Assembly: GCA_045659405.1 (NCBI GenBank)
Contig: JAZOWX010000015.1
Coordinates: forward strand, 9,143 to 73,142
Source of the DNA: Eubacteriales bacterium
Lineage (GTDB): Bacteria > Bacillota > Clostridia > Oscillospirales > CAG-272
Direction of reading: 5' to 3'
DNA: 64,000 nt
Position 1 is the stretch's first letter; every line of letters starts with the position of its first letter. The position numbers were made by a program, and so were the translations under genes. This document shows, one piece after another, positions 36,831 through 47,162 of this stretch. The notes beneath the pieces are model-generated. The model worked only from the letters and a program-made list of their open reading frames with translations. It was not told where the DNA came from and made no database searches.

Positions 36831-38303
36831 TCATTTTTCCACGTAGTAACCGCAGGCAAACAGCCATTGGTCCTCCTCATCCGCAAAGACGTTAAAGCCC
36901 TCTACCCAGCCGTCTCCGTCACGGAAATAAAGCTGTGATATGCTGAACTTCTGTAAGAAATCCTTAAGCTCCTCGGTTACCTTATACACACCGTCGGAGT
37001 TGCAATACGTGGCGTATCCCTGCGCCTCTACACTGCCGGCATAATAGTTAAACTGCTCCTCGGTCAGAGTGTCTAACCAAACGTCCCATTCACTGACTAT
37101 CGCACTCCAACCCTTTATGAAGAGCGAATAGTCCTCGGTGGCGCTTATCTTCAGAGAATTGTTATCAAGCTCAATGCCCGCAAGCGAGCGGTCAATGTAA
37201 AGCGTCGGAGCATTTATCTTTGCATAGAGGATAGGTCCGTCATAAGCTCCGCTTTCCTCGTTGTAAAGGCAGTAGCAGCCAAGCTCATCGTTATATCCGA
37301 AGCGGGATGCGTCATAGAGCTTTATACCGCCGACGCTGGTATAAGCCTCGGTGTAGGTGTATCGGGTTTTGTCATAGTCCTGCGCCCGCTCAAATCTCTC
37401 GGTGGGAATTACCATTTCACAGTCGGTAGCCGGCGGGTCTATATAACCGTCACGCTTTACCGCAAATATAATTTTCTGTGGGTATTTTCCGCTGATTTCC
37501 GAAAGCTTGACGCCAACAGTATAGGTGTTTCCGACAAACCTGTCACCGGTTTCGATTTCGTGGAAAAAGTTTTTGGTATAGGTTGAAGACGCAGCGCCGT
37601 CGTCAACGGTATGCGATAGCCACTTTGCCGCAAATGTTCCGTTATAAATCTCAAGCGAGGGGTTAACCGTGTTTTCGGTTACGTCAACCCAGGACTCAAT
37701 CGTATAAGTTCCGCTCCTTGTAGGAGTAAGCTCGAAATAAGCCACCTGCGAGGCACGCTTGATTTCAACCGAGTAAATACCCGTGCCGCTTATCTTGAAG
37801 CAGTTATAAAGGCTGGAGCCCGTAGAGCTTGTGACACCTCTGATTTTTGAAATCTCAAAAAGCTCGATTTCAATATCTCTTTTGTCGTTTGTGGCAACGT
37901 AAATGTTGGGATTGTAGGCATATCCGTCGGGCACGGAGCTTATAGTAACACGGTAGTCACCGTCAAGCCCCTCCACCGAAGCGACTCCGTCAACCAGCTC
38001 CTGCACGTGATAGGTGAAGCCGTCAGTCCATTGAACGAATATCGTCTGGTCCTCATCGGGGATAAATTGCTCGCCGTCAAAGACAAGCTTTACCGTAAAC
38101 GGCTCTGCCCCATCTTCGGGGTCGGTGGGCTCGCTCGGTATCTCAACAACCGCACCGCACTTGTCGCAAATTCCGCTTTTATCGGTATCTCTGTGCGGGG
38201 GGCAAGGATCTGCTTGGGGTGTTGTGGGTGGTGTATAAACACCCTCGCAGGAGGAAAGCGCCAAAAGCGTCAGCGCAAGAATTAAGCTCAAAAATCTTTT
38301 CAT
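36831..38303 (-). CDS. Lipoprotein (490 aa) sharing the N-terminal HxDxDxxGxCDxCG module
   Basis: Lipobox 'LALSSCEG', then 'CPPHRDTDKSGICDKCG'. Its start overlaps the upstream stop (ATGA). Confidence 0.8.
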   Translation of the reverse strand: MKRFLSLILALTLLALSSCEGVYTPPTTPQADPCPPHRDTDKSGICDKCGAVVEIPSEPTDPEDGAEPFTVKLVFDGEQFIPDEDQTIFVQWTDGFTYHVQELVDGVASVEGLDGDYRVTISSVPDGYAYNPNIYVATNDKRDIEIELFEISKIRGVTSSTGSSLYNCFKISGTGIYSVEIKRASQVAYFELTPTRSGTYTIESWVDVTENTVNPSLEIYNGTFAAKWLSHTVDDGAASSTYTKNFFHEIETGDRFVGNTYTVGVKLSEISGKYPQKIIFAVKRDGYIDPPATDCEMVIPTERFERAQDYDKTRYTYTEAYTSVGGIKLYDASRFGYNDELGCYCLYNEESGAYDGPILYAKINAPTLYIDRSLAGIELDNNSLKISATEDYSLFIKGWSAIVSEWDVWLDTLTEEQFNYYAGSVEAQGYATYCNSDGVYKVTEELKDFLQKFSISQLYFRDGDGWVEGFNVFADEEDQWLFACGYYVEK

Positions 38304-40942
38304 CTTTTCCTCCTTTGCTGCCCCTTGCCAAAGAGGCTGACTATATCACGCCACTTAAGCTTTCTTATTATTATATCAGCAACGTACATCGCAGCAGCCG
38401 CAGCCATAAGCGGAAGAACGAGAGAGTACGTGTATCTTGCAATCTCGGACTCGTCGTTTTCGAGGCTCGGAAGCTCGTCTGTGAGAACAGCTCCTCTGTT
38501 TCTCATAGCCATATAAAGAGAAACCGGATCAAAGCTCTCAAAGCTGTTGTACTCGGGAGCGTAAGAAAGGTTGAAGTACTTTGTTGATGCGTACTGTGAC
38601 TCTGCGTATGAATAATCCACGTCTATCTTGTATTTTCCGAGCATATCGGTTGCAAAGGAATAGCTGTAACCCGAAAGCGCAAAGCTCGGCTGTACTGTAA
38701 CCTCACTGCCGTCAGGGTGGGTGACGGTAAGGATAAGCGTCGCATTCGGCTTTACGGTAATCGGACTAACCGTTACCTCTGCATTTATTCCGTCGTAGGA
38801 AACCGTGATATCAAGCGGCAAATCCCTATGCTCTGTCGGGATGTTTTCGGAAAACAGGTTTTTCATAAAGGTCTCGCCTGCCCCGCTGCGCCAATCCGAG
38901 GTCCATTGCCCCGAAAGGCTTGACGTAAAGCTCGAAACCCTACCGTTTCCGTAGCTCCAATAAGCGTAAAGCGGTACAGAAACCGAGCCGCCGCCCGCCT
39001 TGTTATAAACCGTAGTCAGAACCGTCGTAGCGCTCGCCTTTGGCTTTGCAAAAACAAAGCCGTGTATATCGGGAAGCTCTCCAACGCCCGACATTACACC
39101 GTCGAGCCGCTTGTTAACCTTTACGGGTGAGCGCCCCTCTATGACGCTCTCGGTAATATCGTCTGCCATCTCGCCAAGCACAAGCTCGGAAAGCTCTCGC
39201 TCGTCAATAATCCAGTAATAGTCACCAAGACCTGCCGCCGCAATATTCTCCATTACGTCAGTACCGTCATCATCTCTGTTCGGGTCGTCAACCTCGCCTA
39301 CGCAAAGGGCGGATACCGAAATATTTGCCGCTGAAAGGTCGGTAGCTATTTCAATCGGGTTATCCTTTTCATTCGTATAGGAAATACCGTCGCTTATAAG
39401 CATTATCTGCTTTTTATCAAAGGGCTGGGACAGCATTATATCCGCCGCCTCCGAAAGCGCCGCACCGATAACCGTACCCTGCGTCGGAGCAAGGCTGTCT
39501 ATAACGTCGCAAAGCTTTTCATAGTTTTTCGCCTGTGTGGGCGCTTGAGCTACCGAAATCCTACCCGCAAAAGAAACTATCGCAACGTAGTCGTCGGGAG
39601 AAAGAAGCTCAATTATCTGCTTTGCCGCCGCTCTCGCCATTATAAGCTTTGAGTTAAGCTGCATACTTCTTGAGGTATCTATAACTATTGTAAAGAGCTT
39701 GCTGTCCTGGTCGTTGTTTCCAAAGCGGACGGGAAGCATATCCTCAAGCTGTGAGAGCACGTCCTCGGTTTTGTTCTGTATTTTCGTATCACCCATTACG
39801 ACAAGGCTTTTGCCGAATACCGACACCGCAGTATCAACAGCGTCAATAAAGGCTGTGAAATTGTTAAGCTCACGCACGTCAACGTCCGAAAGCACAATCT
39901 CGTCGTACTTACATATCGCCTCGGGTGAGGTGGGAACGTTTCTGTTGTTTATATATGCGTCGATATTTGCGCCCTCACCGAAAAGCTCGCGCGCTCTGTC
40001 AAGATCCCCGACGTTCGTAGAAACGAGAAGCACCTCTATAACACCCTCAACCGATTGGGTGAAGCTGTATGAATTGTTTTTGTTGCTCTCATCCCTCGGG
40101 GCGGACACCGTAACTGTGTAGTCATAGTCGCCCTGAAGCTCTGTAAGCAAACTAAAGTTTACAATATTGTATCCACGGGTAAGCTGAACAGCCAAATTCT
40201 GCACTCTCTGCCCGTTGCATTCGAGGCTTACTATTGCCTCTGTATCGTAAGAGGATTGCACCAGCACGTCTGCACTTACCTCGTGATTGAGATAGGTGTT
40301 TTCGGTGAAATCAACGTCGCTTATCTGCACCTCTTTTGCATCGTCCGAAATATTGTTATCGAGATATACCGCATCAATCTTTATACCGCGGACGTGGAGC
40401 GATTCGATAGCGGTTACAAGCTCTCCGTCAAAATCAGGATTTGTCTGCTTGCCGTCTGTTATAAGAACAATCCGCTTTATGGAGCTGTCCGAGAAAAGAG
40501 TGCCTGTATATTCCAGCGCCGAAACTATATCGGTTGCGCTGTCGTCAACACCCGAATCGCCAACGGTGACAAAATCCCCGCCGAGCGGTGTATGAAGCTT
40601 ATAGTCCTTACCGAACGTGACGACACCGAGCCTTCCGTTTACGGGTAAATCGTCACGAAGAGAGTTTATATATCCGTCAATTTTGTCGAGGTTCTTTTCA
40701 CTCGATGCCGATACGTCGGCAAGTACGTAAACCTCGGTTTCGGTGATTACCGTAGTAATTGCCGCACCGCCCACCGCAAGCGACACAAGGAGCGCTATTA
40801 CTATATGAATAATAAACGACGCTCTGACGTTTTTATCCCTGTTGCTCTTTCTTATGGCAATAAGATAAGGAATGATTACGAGGAGTATGAGCGGGATAAA
40901 TATGAGTAGGTAAAGCGGATTATCGAAGCTGATACTTGTCAT
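38300..40942 (-). CDS. Membrane protein with a BatA-like N-terminus and two VWA domains
   Basis: ATG at 40942. 'FDNPLYLLIFIPLILLVIIPYL' N-terminal TM helices. VWA-1 has a degenerate MIDAS ('LADVSASS'). VWA-2 has an intact MIDAS ('VIDTSRSM'). C-terminal TM helix. Confidence 0.8.
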   Translation of the reverse strand: MTSISFDNPLYLLIFIPLILLVIIPYLIAIRKSNRDKNVRASFIIHIVIALLVSLAVGGAAITTVITETEVYVLADVSASSEKNLDKIDGYINSLRDDLPVNGRLGVVTFGKDYKLHTPLGGDFVTVGDSGVDDSATDIVSALEYTGTLFSDSSIKRIVLITDGKQTNPDFDGELVTAIESLHVRGIKIDAVYLDNNISDDAKEVQISDVDFTENTYLNHEVSADVLVQSSYDTEAIVSLECNGQRVQNLAVQLTRGYNIVNFSLLTELQGDYDYTVTVSAPRDESNKNNSYSFTQSVEGVIEVLLVSTNVGDLDRARELFGEGANIDAYINNRNVPTSPEAICKYDEIVLSDVDVRELNNFTAFIDAVDTAVSVFGKSLVVMGDTKIQNKTEDVLSQLEDMLPVRFGNNDQDSKLFTIVIDTSRSMQLNSKLIMARAAAKQIIELLSPDDYVAIVSFAGRISVAQAPTQAKNYEKLCDVIDSLAPTQGTVIGAALSEAADIMLSQPFDKKQIMLISDGISYTNEKDNPIEIATDLSAANISVSALCVGEVDDPNRDDDGTDVMENIAAAGLGDYYWIIDERELSELVLGEMADDITESVIEGRSPVKVNKRLDGVMSGVGELPDIHGFVFAKPKASATTVLTTVYNKAGGGSVSVPLYAYWSYGNGRVSSFTSSLSGQWTSDWRSGAGETFMKNLFSENIPTEHRDLPLDITVSYDGINAEVTVSPITVKPNATLILTVTHPDGSEVTVQPSFALSGYSYSFATDMLGKYKIDVDYSYAESQYASTKYFNLSYAPEYNSFESFDPVSLYMAMRNRGAVLTDELPSLENDESEIARYTYSLVLPLMAAAAAMYVADIIIRKLKWRDIVSLFGKGQQRRKR

Positions 40943-42767
40943 AGCAATACACCATCCAATCCGCAGAAAATACAACGGCAAGGCACACGAAAAGCATAAT
41001 CAGCTCGTCGTATATTCCGTCGTGTCCGGTATTCTGTGCCACACCGATAAGCGAGAGCTGACCGCCGGACTCGCTGACGTTGCGCTCGGATGCGGGAAGC
41101 TCGGAAAATACGTTCATCACCCTTTGCGAGCCGCTGACCGTCATCGTAACCTTATACGTGCCGACCTCAGAGAGGGCAAAGCTTGCCACCTCTGCTCCGA
41201 CGTTAAGGTAGGATACGTTTCCGAGCGGGCTGTCAATCCTTATTCCCTCACAGCCTGCTACGGTATTTACCGATGCCACCTCACCGACAGAATAAAGAGT
41301 TTTTTCAATCACTGTCGGGAATGAGTAATCAATAAGATTACGGGTAAGAGTTATAAAATCGGGAGAGAGCGGGAAATTCGAGTTGTGCAAATCAAATGCA
41401 AACACAGCCTCACGGTTTCCGTACTCTGTATTCCCTGTGAAAACGATAGGATTTCCCTTGTAGGAAAGAAGCGTTGAGAAGTTGCGGTTAAGTCCGATTT
41501 TCTGATATTTGAGAAGCGCAAGATCAGCGCCCGTCATACCCTCGGTAAGCTTTTTGACAAGCGACTGGCTTGAGTCTGACAGAGTAACGTCGCCCGCATA
41601 ATCAAGCTCAACCTCACCCTGCACGGTGAAGCCTGCGCCCTGTATGCTTCCGATAGGGTTGATAAACCAAACCGTACCGTCACGCGGGAGCGTATCGGGT
41701 ACAAAGCCGTCGAATATGTAAAGACCGTAGCCGCTCTGCGCATCAAAGTCCTCTGTCGGTATAACCGTCATATCGGCATATCCAACCGAGGAAAGCGCCG
41801 TCTTTATAAAGAAGGGTGCGTCGCTGACAATAAGCGTATCATAAGAATTCTCACTCTTTACGCTGTAAAGGATAACGCTGTTATCCAAGGGCTGTGAGTC
41901 CTCGCAGTCAATCTCAACACGCATTTTTTCGAAGCCTGCCGTATTTGCAACAAGCGAAAACGGCTGCGGCTCACCGTATACCTCAAGCGTAACCGAAGCA
42001 ACAGGCTCTGCAACGTTATCAACGTAAAGCTTTACCGTAAGCTCCGAAGCTCCCGAATACGAAACCAGGTTACCGATAACCGTGGTTTTTCCCTCGCTCT
42101 CGGATATCGCATAGCTGACACCGTCGAGCGCATAGTTTGTCTCGGCACCCGACACGTCAAGCACGCTTATATTCTCTGCCACAGCATAGCTCTTATCGGT
42201 AGCAAAGTAGGTAAGCGTTGCGGGATTTTCCGAAAAATACTGCTGTGCTATATCAAGAGCGCCCTCCAGGTTTGCCTGTGCATATCCAACCCTTGCGGTT
42301 GAAATAAGCTCCGCCGCAACCTCCTTGTCCTCGGTTTTGCTGAACAAAACGGTTGGGGTATCGGTTGCAAGTATAAGAGAATACCTGCTGCCCTCGGTAG
42401 CGCCGTCGATAAGCTCCAGAATTTTATCCTTTGCCTTATCAAATCTGCTGCCCTCGGAGCTGTTTGCCGACATACTTCCCGAAGCGTCAAGAACAAAGCA
42501 ATAATCCCTTGCGGCACCCGGTAAGGTTATTACGGGGTGCGCTATGGCAAGTGACATTGCGCCAATCGCCAGAATCTGCAAAAGGAGCGCTATAAGACCT
42601 GCAAAGCTCGAAAATCTCCGTCTCTTTTTGAGGAAGCGGTTACTGAGCGTCCACAGGTAGGTTGAAGCCACAGTTTGCTCTGTATATTTACTTTTAATAA
42701 TATAAATGATTATCAGAATCGGTATTCCGATAAGACCAAGCAATCCGTACGGATGGAGAAAATTCAC
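40920..42767 (-). CDS. BatA-like VWA domain membrane protein
   Basis: 'MNFLHPYGLLGLIGIPILIIIYIIK' (aerotolerance-regulator-like N-terminus), MIDAS 'VLDASGSMS' and a C-terminal TM helix. Confidence 0.8.
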   Translation of the reverse strand: MNFLHPYGLLGLIGIPILIIIYIIKSKYTEQTVASTYLWTLSNRFLKKRRRFSSFAGLIALLLQILAIGAMSLAIAHPVITLPGAARDYCFVLDASGSMSANSSEGSRFDKAKDKILELIDGATEGSRYSLILATDTPTVLFSKTEDKEVAAELISTARVGYAQANLEGALDIAQQYFSENPATLTYFATDKSYAVAENISVLDVSGAETNYALDGVSYAISESEGKTTVIGNLVSYSGASELTVKLYVDNVAEPVASVTLEVYGEPQPFSLVANTAGFEKMRVEIDCEDSQPLDNSVILYSVKSENSYDTLIVSDAPFFIKTALSSVGYADMTVIPTEDFDAQSGYGLYIFDGFVPDTLPRDGTVWFINPIGSIQGAGFTVQGEVELDYAGDVTLSDSSQSLVKKLTEGMTGADLALLKYQKIGLNRNFSTLLSYKGNPIVFTGNTEYGNREAVFAFDLHNSNFPLSPDFITLTRNLIDYSFPTVIEKTLYSVGEVASVNTVAGCEGIRIDSPLGNVSYLNVGAEVASFALSEVGTYKVTMTVSGSQRVMNVFSELPASERNVSESGGQLSLIGVAQNTGHDGIYDELIMLFVCLAVVFSADWMVYCYDKYQLR

Positions 42768-43648
42768 TTCAATACTCCCAAATTTTCCATTTTGCCGAAG
42801 AATACGTCCGAAAGCTCCTCGTCCGCCCCGACAAGTATATATCCGCCCTCACGAGCCATAAGGTAGTTTCTCAACCTACCGGTTGCATACCCGACAGCGT
42901 CTCTGTAAGCGGCAATAATATCTCTGTTTACGTTTTTGCGGTAGGTTTTCTCAATATTCTCCGAGTCGTAAAGCTGTACCCTGCCCGAAAGGTCGGGGGA
43001 GATTTCGCTCGGTGAAAGCACCTGAACACAAAGCACGTCACGGCGCTTATCCGTAAGATAATCTATCGCATTTTCATAATTGTCGTCGGTGAGGAAATCC
43101 GAGATAATAACCGAAAGTCCGTCAGCACGTCCGACGTTTGTTTTAAGTATAGCCTCGCTGATTTTGCAGTCACCCGAAAACTCAAGCTCGTTAAGCTTTC
43201 CGATAACGGTAATAAAATTGTCACGCCCGATAACCGAGCTTACAATAGGTCGAACCTCACCGCCCGACATGGCAAAAACAGACACCTTTTCCATTGCCGA
43301 TACCGAAATGTAGGCAATCGCCGCAGCGAGCTTTACCGCCATTTCAGCCTTTCCACCGTCGCCAAAATCCATAGAACGGCTGGTGTCAATGTAAATTTTT
43401 GTGTGCATCTGCCGCTCATCAAGATAAAGCTTCTCGTAAAGCTTCTCTGTTCTGGCATACACGTTCCAATCTATTTTGGTTATATCATCGCCGGGCATAT
43501 AGTCCCTGTAATCGGCAAACTCACAGGACGAGCCGAAGCTCTTACTTTTTCTGTTACCGCCGAAAGCGCCCGCCGAATTATGCTTTAAGAGAAGCTCCAA
43601 GCGCTCAAGACGCTCAAGAAAGCCCTCGTTTATAACTACGTTTTTCAT
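42764..43648 (-). CDS. DUF58 domain protein
   Basis: 'FADYRDYMPGDDITKIDWNVYART' is the DUF58 hallmark. Positioned directly after MoxR. Confidence 0.85.
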   Translation of the reverse strand: MKNVVINEGFLERLERLELLLKHNSAGAFGGNRKSKSFGSSCEFADYRDYMPGDDITKIDWNVYARTEKLYEKLYLDERQMHTKIYIDTSRSMDFGDGGKAEMAVKLAAAIAYISVSAMEKVSVFAMSGGEVRPIVSSVIGRDNFITVIGKLNELEFSGDCKISEAILKTNVGRADGLSVIISDFLTDDNYENAIDYLTDKRRDVLCVQVLSPSEISPDLSGRVQLYDSENIEKTYRKNVNRDIIAAYRDAVGYATGRLRNYLMAREGGYILVGADEELSDVFFGKMENLGVLK

Positions 43649-43657
43649 TACCCTGCG

Positions 43658-44701
43658 TTAAATTCTGCTTTTTGTGACGAGCGAGGTTTTAACCGTCTTT
43701 TTCACGGTAATCGGAGTCTTTCTGTTTTCCTTAACCAGAAGCGAGATTACGTCGTCAACCGAAAGCCCCTCGTTTGCGGCGGTATAGTTTATCTTAAGTC
43801 TGTGGCGAAGCACGGGTGCGGCAAGCGCATCAATGTCGTCGTAGGAAACGTTATAGTTCCCTCTCATAAGCGCTCTTACTTTAGCCGAGGTTATAAGCGC
43901 CTGCGCAGCTCTCGGAGATGCGCCGTACCTTATGTATTTTTTGGCAACCTCTGTGGTTTTTTCAAGCTCGGGGTGCGTTCCCGAAACAAGGTTTACGGCA
44001 TAGTTCATAACCTCGTCAAGCACGGGCACCTCTGACGACAGCTTACGCATAGTCAGTATTTCCTCACCGTTAACCACCGCTTCTGCAACCTCGTCAAGCG
44101 TTACCTGCGTCATCTTAACGATATCGACAAGCTCACTCGTCGAGGGGAATTTCATAATCAGCTTGAACACAAAACGGTCCATCTGCGCCTCGGGAAGAGG
44201 ATACGTACCGTCCTGCTCCACGGGGTTCTCGGTAGCCAACACGAAGAAGGGCTCTTTAAGCTTGTAGGTCTTATCCGCTACGGTTATCTTATGCTCCTGC
44301 ATTACCTCAAGCATTGCCGACTGCGTTTTCGGTGTCGCGCGGTTAATCTCGTCCGCCAGGACAAGGTTTGCGAATATCGGGCCGGGACGGAATACGGTCT
44401 GCATTTTTCCCGATTCGTCCTTTTCGATTACGTTTGCGCCCGTAACGTCAGAGGGCATAAGGTCGGGTGTAAACTGTATACGTGAAAACGGCAGATTGAG
44501 AACACGGCCAAGCGAGCGGACAAGTCTTGTCTTTCCGACACCGGGTACACCTTCAAGCAGTACGTTTCCGCCTGCTATAATTGCTATTATAACGTTTTCA
44601 ACAATCTCGTCCTGACCAACCACGTCACGGCGAAGCTGTTCTTTTATCTTATTTACTTTAACGCTGAAATTGCGTACGCTCTGTTCTGTGCTTATACTCA
44701 T
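43658..44701 (-). CDS. MoxR family AAA+ ATPase
   Basis: Walker A 'LLEGVPGVGKT', Walker B 'LADEINRA', 347 aa. Confidence 0.9.
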   Translation of the reverse strand: MSISTEQSVRNFSVKVNKIKEQLRRDVVGQDEIVENVIIAIIAGGNVLLEGVPGVGKTRLVRSLGRVLNLPFSRIQFTPDLMPSDVTGANVIEKDESGKMQTVFRPGPIFANLVLADEINRATPKTQSAMLEVMQEHKITVADKTYKLKEPFFVLATENPVEQDGTYPLPEAQMDRFVFKLIMKFPSTSELVDIVKMTQVTLDEVAEAVVNGEEILTMRKLSSEVPVLDEVMNYAVNLVSGTHPELEKTTEVAKKYIRYGASPRAAQALITSAKVRALMRGNYNVSYDDIDALAAPVLRHRLKINYTAANEGLSVDDVISLLVKENRKTPITVKKTVKTSLVTKSRI

Positions 44702-46179
44702 TGTTCTTCTCCTTTGCCGTCCTCTTTTGCGGCACCGTCATAAAGGCTTTCAAAATATTTTTGTAAGCTTGCGGCAAGCTCCTCTGAAATCTCGCCTGCA
44801 AGAATTTTTTCGGTGATTTTCGCATAGTACTCGTCGATAACCTCGCCGTACTGCACGTATTTTTCCTCGTCGGGGTAATAAATGACATCGTCGCTGCCGT
44901 ACATCATATCTCCGCTGCCATAGCCGCCGGAATCACCCTTTTGCTCCTCGTCGTCGTCACCCTCGGGCGGCTCTGTCTCCTCACCGCCGCCTGACGGCTT
45001 GCTTATCTCCTCTTCAACCTCGGGCGGAAGCTCGTCTTTGGATATACCGAAGATTTCCATAAGTCGGTTCACCGTATAAAGTCCGACCTCGGCATTTACC
45101 TTTTGCTCCGCAAGCGCTACCTCAAGCGAAAGCGTGAAGGACGCAAACAGCGAATCAACCGCTCCCTGTATACTGCCGTCGTCGTAATCCGAAATATTAT
45201 CGCTTATAGCGAAAAGTCCGTCAGAAAACGAATGAAGCGCCAAGGTCAAAGGGTCGCTCGCAAGCGAAAGTCTGCCAAGCGTTATCGCTATATCAGTACC
45301 GAGCGTCACAAGCACGGGATTAATCTCCACAACACCGCCCTCGGCAAACAGCGCACGAAGCACCGCAAGATTTTCCGTCGGTATCGGAGAGTCGGGAGTG
45401 CCTATCGCATCGGCAAGCTCGCTCATACCCGAAGCCTCGCTCAATCCGAATGCGGCGGTTATTTCATCATAGGTATTTGCGGTGTTTATCGCAAGATTTA
45501 CGTTCTTTATAGCACCTATTACAAGCGTTCTCATCTCTCTGTCAAGCTTGGTTGTACGAAGATTAACCAAAAGTCCCTCAAGCTCGTCGGTTACAGCCGC
45601 CTTTGCCGAATCACGAAGCTCTGAATCCTCGACGTATTCAATGAGGTTTAAAAGCGCGGTTTCCTGCCACTCGGTAAGCTCAAACGGAGCTTCGGGCGGC
45701 GGAGGTGTGGGCGGTATTTCCTTGTCAGGCACGAGGTATGCAAACGAGCACAGCGCAAGCGAAAGAACAAGGAATACGGTATAAATCCAGATACGCTTTA
45801 CAGCGTAGAAATCCAGCGGAAGCTTACCGAGAAGCTTTTCGGTTTCTTTACGCTGAAGCTTTACCATGCTGTTCCTGCGCTCGTCCTTAAAGGCTATCAT
45901 CGTTTGCGCCTTTTCGTTCAGCTTAAGCTCACGGTCTATGAGCCTTGCCGCCGTTTTGGCTCTCGGTGTGAGGATTATGCACCATAAAATGAAGCAAACC
46001 GCTCCGACAGCGCCACCGATTGCAAGCGCAAGCATCAGGTTATCGTCTATAACGTTAAGCTTCCCAAGAAGCAGCACGGCAGCCGCCGAAAGCAGCGCCA
46101 AAGAAAGCCCAAGAATCAGGCTTTTCAAGAAAACGCCACGGTTTATCTTGCGTTTGAATTTTTTAAAACCGCTTCTCAT
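44698..46179 (-). CDS. Membrane protein of unknown function (first gene of the MoxR operon)
   Basis: 493 aa. Two N-terminal TM helices and a third near residue 135, a Pro-rich segment 'PPTPPPPEAP' and an acidic Gly-rich tail. Its stop overlaps the MoxR start by 4 nt. Confidence 0.7.
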   Translation of the reverse strand: MRSGFKKFKRKINRGVFLKSLILGLSLALLSAAAVLLLGKLNVIDDNLMLALAIGGAVGAVCFILWCIILTPRAKTAARLIDRELKLNEKAQTMIAFKDERRNSMVKLQRKETEKLLGKLPLDFYAVKRIWIYTVFLVLSLALCSFAYLVPDKEIPPTPPPPEAPFELTEWQETALLNLIEYVEDSELRDSAKAAVTDELEGLLVNLRTTKLDREMRTLVIGAIKNVNLAINTANTYDEITAAFGLSEASGMSELADAIGTPDSPIPTENLAVLRALFAEGGVVEINPVLVTLGTDIAITLGRLSLASDPLTLALHSFSDGLFAISDNISDYDDGSIQGAVDSLFASFTLSLEVALAEQKVNAEVGLYTVNRLMEIFGISKDELPPEVEEEISKPSGGGEETEPPEGDDDEEQKGDSGGYGSGDMMYGSDDVIYYPDEEKYVQYGEVIDEYYAKITEKILAGEISEELAASLQKYFESLYDGAAKEDGKGEEQ

Positions 46180-46316
46180 AAGCTCCTCCTTAAAGTTTCA
46201 TTTATCCCGGCACGAAAGCCGCCGATACCGCCGAAAATTCAATCTGCTAAACGGCAAGCCCGCTCGCCGACTCGAAATACGAGCCAAAGAATAAAATACG
46301 CATTATTATATAATAT

Positions 46317-46345
46317 ATTTTAACAAACACTTTACCTTTTGTCAA
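46317..46345 (-). promoter_or_regulatory. Candidate sigma-A promoter for the MoxR operon
   Basis: On the - strand: TTGACA, a 17-nt spacer (aaaggtaaagtgtttgt), then TAAAAT. It lies about 130 nt upstream of the start at 46179. Confidence 0.4.
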
Positions 46346-46478
46346 GCACACATAACCAACTTTTGAAAATTTTGTCATTTTTGTTGACAAATCAACCCGG
46401 TTTTCGGTTATATCAAAAAAACGCGCCCTTTTGTGCGTTCTGCTTTTTGCCGCAAAGCCGAAAAACAAAAACGGGACA

Positions 46479-46527
46479 GACAGCGCATTGTTTCGCAATA
46501 TCTATCCCGTTTTTTATTCGGTTTTGC
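46479..46527 (-). terminator. Terminator after the 183-aa membrane protein gene
   Basis: aacggga...tcccgtt stem with a long loop, with a T-run on the - strand. Confidence 0.45.
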
Positions 46528-46570
46528 CTGAATTCGACAGCCCCTGGGCTTCGTTTTATTGAACCGTTAC

Positions 46571-47122
46571 TTATCCGTGCAGTACTTCGCCCTTAAGCGA
46601 TGCGCCATTCGGGCAGAAGGAGGCAACAAGCTTTGCAATTCTTGCCGTTCCCTCGAAGATTACAGCCGCGGATTTACCGCCGTCGTTGAAATAAAGAATA
46701 ATTCTCTTGTCAGAGGACTGCGACTCGGAAAAATCATACACCCTTTCAAGTCCCTCGGTTTTATCCTCGGTGGGGTTATACACCTTTGCAAGAGTTGCTA
46801 CCTTTACCTGAAGCTTCAGCTTCGGGCGGCGGCGTCTGCCGTTTTTGGTAACTCTTATACCGCCGAATTCCATTTCACCGTGCTTGAATTCATAATAGTA
46901 ATCATAACTGATAAAGCCCCAGGTGAAGTAAACCAGCATCCAGGTAAAAATCGGAAGCACAGCTATAAACCAGAATAGTTGAAAGGCGCAAAGAATCGCA
47001 AAAACAGAAGCCGCAAACAATGCGTATCCACAGATTGCAATATTCTTTGCAAGCTTAAGCTTACCCTCGTTTTTTCTGTCGTAAACATACTCGGCATAAT
47101 TAGGGGAATCATACTCGTTCAT
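46571..47122 (-). CDS. Small membrane protein of unknown function (2 TM helices plus a soluble C-domain)
   Basis: 183 aa. 'ICGYALFAASVFAILCAFQLFWFIAVLPIFTWMLVYFTWGFI' is followed by a basic 'GRRRRPKLK' stretch. Confidence 0.6.
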   Translation of the reverse strand: MNEYDSPNYAEYVYDRKNEGKLKLAKNIAICGYALFAASVFAILCAFQLFWFIAVLPIFTWMLVYFTWGFISYDYYYEFKHGEMEFGGIRVTKNGRRRRPKLKLQVKVATLAKVYNPTEDKTEGLERVYDFSESQSSDKRIILYFNDGGKSAAVIFEGTARIAKLVASFCPNGASLKGEVLHG

Positions 47123-47162
47123 TGGAAAATCCTCGCTTTTTGCAAACTTATATTTTCATTTT

